Under the pieces are notes generated by a model. That model was not told the DNA's origin. It searched no databases and saw only the letters and a program-made list of their open reading frames with translations. Both the position numbers and the translations under genes were made by a program. From Candidatus Oleincola secundus (GTDB taxonomy: Bacteria; Atribacterota; Phoenicimicrobiia; Phoenicimicrobiales; Stramentimicrobiaceae), in NCBI GenBank assembly GCA_018400815.1, contig JAGYLS010000035.1, forward strand, positions 1-17,661: a stretch of DNA of 17,661 bases, given 5' to 3'. Positions 16,542 to 17,661 of the stretch are shown piece after piece (position 1 is the stretch's first letter; the number at the start of each line of letters is the position of its first letter).

Positions 16542-17661
16542 TTGGCTAAGTTAAATCCGAACAACTTTAAGAACAGAAATTTTAAAAATGCCGGTTTATA
16601 CCTTTTGATATTAATTGTAGTCATTTCCGTTTTGAGCTCTTTTTTTGAGCCCGGTTCCACTGTTGAGGAATTGACTTATTCACAATTCTTGAATGAAGTC
16701 GCAAGTAATAACGTAAGCAGTGTTTCTATATCTGGAGATACTGTCACGGGAGAATTAAATAATAACCAGAAATTCTCAACTTATTTACCTGATGATCCTG
16801 AATTAATGAGTATATTACGTAGTAAAAATATTAATATTGAAGCAAAACCGCCGGTAGAATTATCCTGGTGGATGCGCATCCTTTCTTCCCTTTTACCTAT
16901 GGCCTTGATTATTGGTATATGGATTTTCATGATGCGACAGATGCAGGGTGGTGGAAATAAGGTAATGTCTTTTGGAAAAAGTCAAGCTAAATTATTGGGT
17001 AAGGAAACTCCCAAAGTGACTTTTGAAGATGTAGCCGGTGTTGATGAGGCAAAAGAAGAGTTACAAGAAATTATTGAATTCTTGAAAAATCCGGCTAAAT
17101 TTGTTCAGCTTGGTGCTAAAATTCCTAAGGGGGTTTTGCTCTATGGACCTCCCGGAGCCGGAAAAACTTTGCTGGCACGTGCTGTTGCAGGAGAAGCTGG
17201 AGTTGCTTTTTTTAGTATTAGTGGCTCAGATTTTGTGGAAATGTTTGTAGGAGTTGGTGCATCGAGGGTTAGAGATTTATTTAAACAGGCTAAAACAAAC
17301 AATCCCTGTATTATTTTTATGGATGAAATCGATGCGGTAGGAAGACATAGAGGTGCTGGATTAGGTGGGGGACATGATGAAAGAGAACAAACCTTAAACC
17401 AATTACTGGTCGAAATGGACGGATTTGATCAGAGCATTGGTGTAATTCTGATTGCAGCTACCAACAGGCCGGATGTCTTAGACCCCGCTTTACTAAGGCC
17501 AGGTCGTTTTGATAGAAGAATTGTAGTTGATCGTCCTGATTTAATTGGAAGAGAAGAAATATTAAAAGTTCATTCCAAAGGTAAACCGCTGGCAAAGGAT
17601 GTGGATTTGAATGTTCTGGCACGCAGAACTCCCGGATTTGTCGGTTCTGATCTGGCTAATT
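16542..17661 (+). CDS. ftsH: ATP-dependent zinc metalloprotease FtsH, 5' part (runs off the window; absent from the ORF track)
   Basis: Manual translation from TTG 16542 (SD AGGAG 16531-16535) gives [35 protein letters not shown]..., then [14 protein letters not shown], Walker [30 protein letters not shown], Walker B IIFMDEID, and [20 protein letters not shown]. Confidence 0.97.
   Translation, partial: MAKLNPNNFKNRNFKNAGLYLLILIVVISVLSSFFEPGSTVEELTYSQFLNEVASNNVSSVSISGDTVTGELNNNQKFSTYLPDDPELMSILRSKNINIEAKPPVELSWWMRILSSLLPMALIIGIWIFMMRQMQGGGNKVMSFGKSQAKLLGKETPKVTFEDVAGVDEAKEELQEIIEFLKNPAKFVQLGAKIPKGVLLYGPPGAGKTLLARAVAGEAGVAFFSISGSDFVEMFVGVGASRVRDLFKQAKTNNPCIIFMDEIDAVGRHRGAGLGGGHDEREQTLNQLLVEMDGFDQSIGVILIAATNRPDVLDPALLRPGRFDRRIVVDRPDLIGREEILKVHSKGKPLAKDVDLNVLARRTPGFVGSDLAN

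Overview
Low-GC bacterial chromosomal window with every supported gene on the + strand. The gene content looks like an anaerobic, Bacillota-like or deep-branching (possibly Atribacterota-like) organism, but that taxonomy is only an impression. It opens with the 3' end of an rRNA operon (last bases of 23S, spacer, 5S). Next come a HAD-hydrolase remnant, mutM, rnz, a ferredoxin, a THUMP-less ThiI-like PP-loop protein and mnmA. These are followed by a separately promoted three-gene operon (HTH regulator, uncharacterised 303-aa protein, PLP alpha-oxoamine synthase), then greA, lysS, an S4-domain protein, mgtE, eno, ftsB/divIC, tRNA-Leu(UAA), initiator tRNA-Met, elongator tRNA-Met, tilS, hpt and the 5' part of ftsH. 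Most of it is housekeeping. The best candidate for an undescribed system is the operon at 5199-7942: a perfect sigma70 promoter, an 18-bp palindromic operator over the predicted start site, and an enzyme with serine-palmitoyltransferase-like motifs. Other oddities are a heptamer-periodic hairpin in the 23S-5S spacer, a GreA with Glu at the catalytic Asp position plus a leader hairpin, and an unconventional initiator tRNA. All family assignments come from motif recognition by eye; no searches were run.
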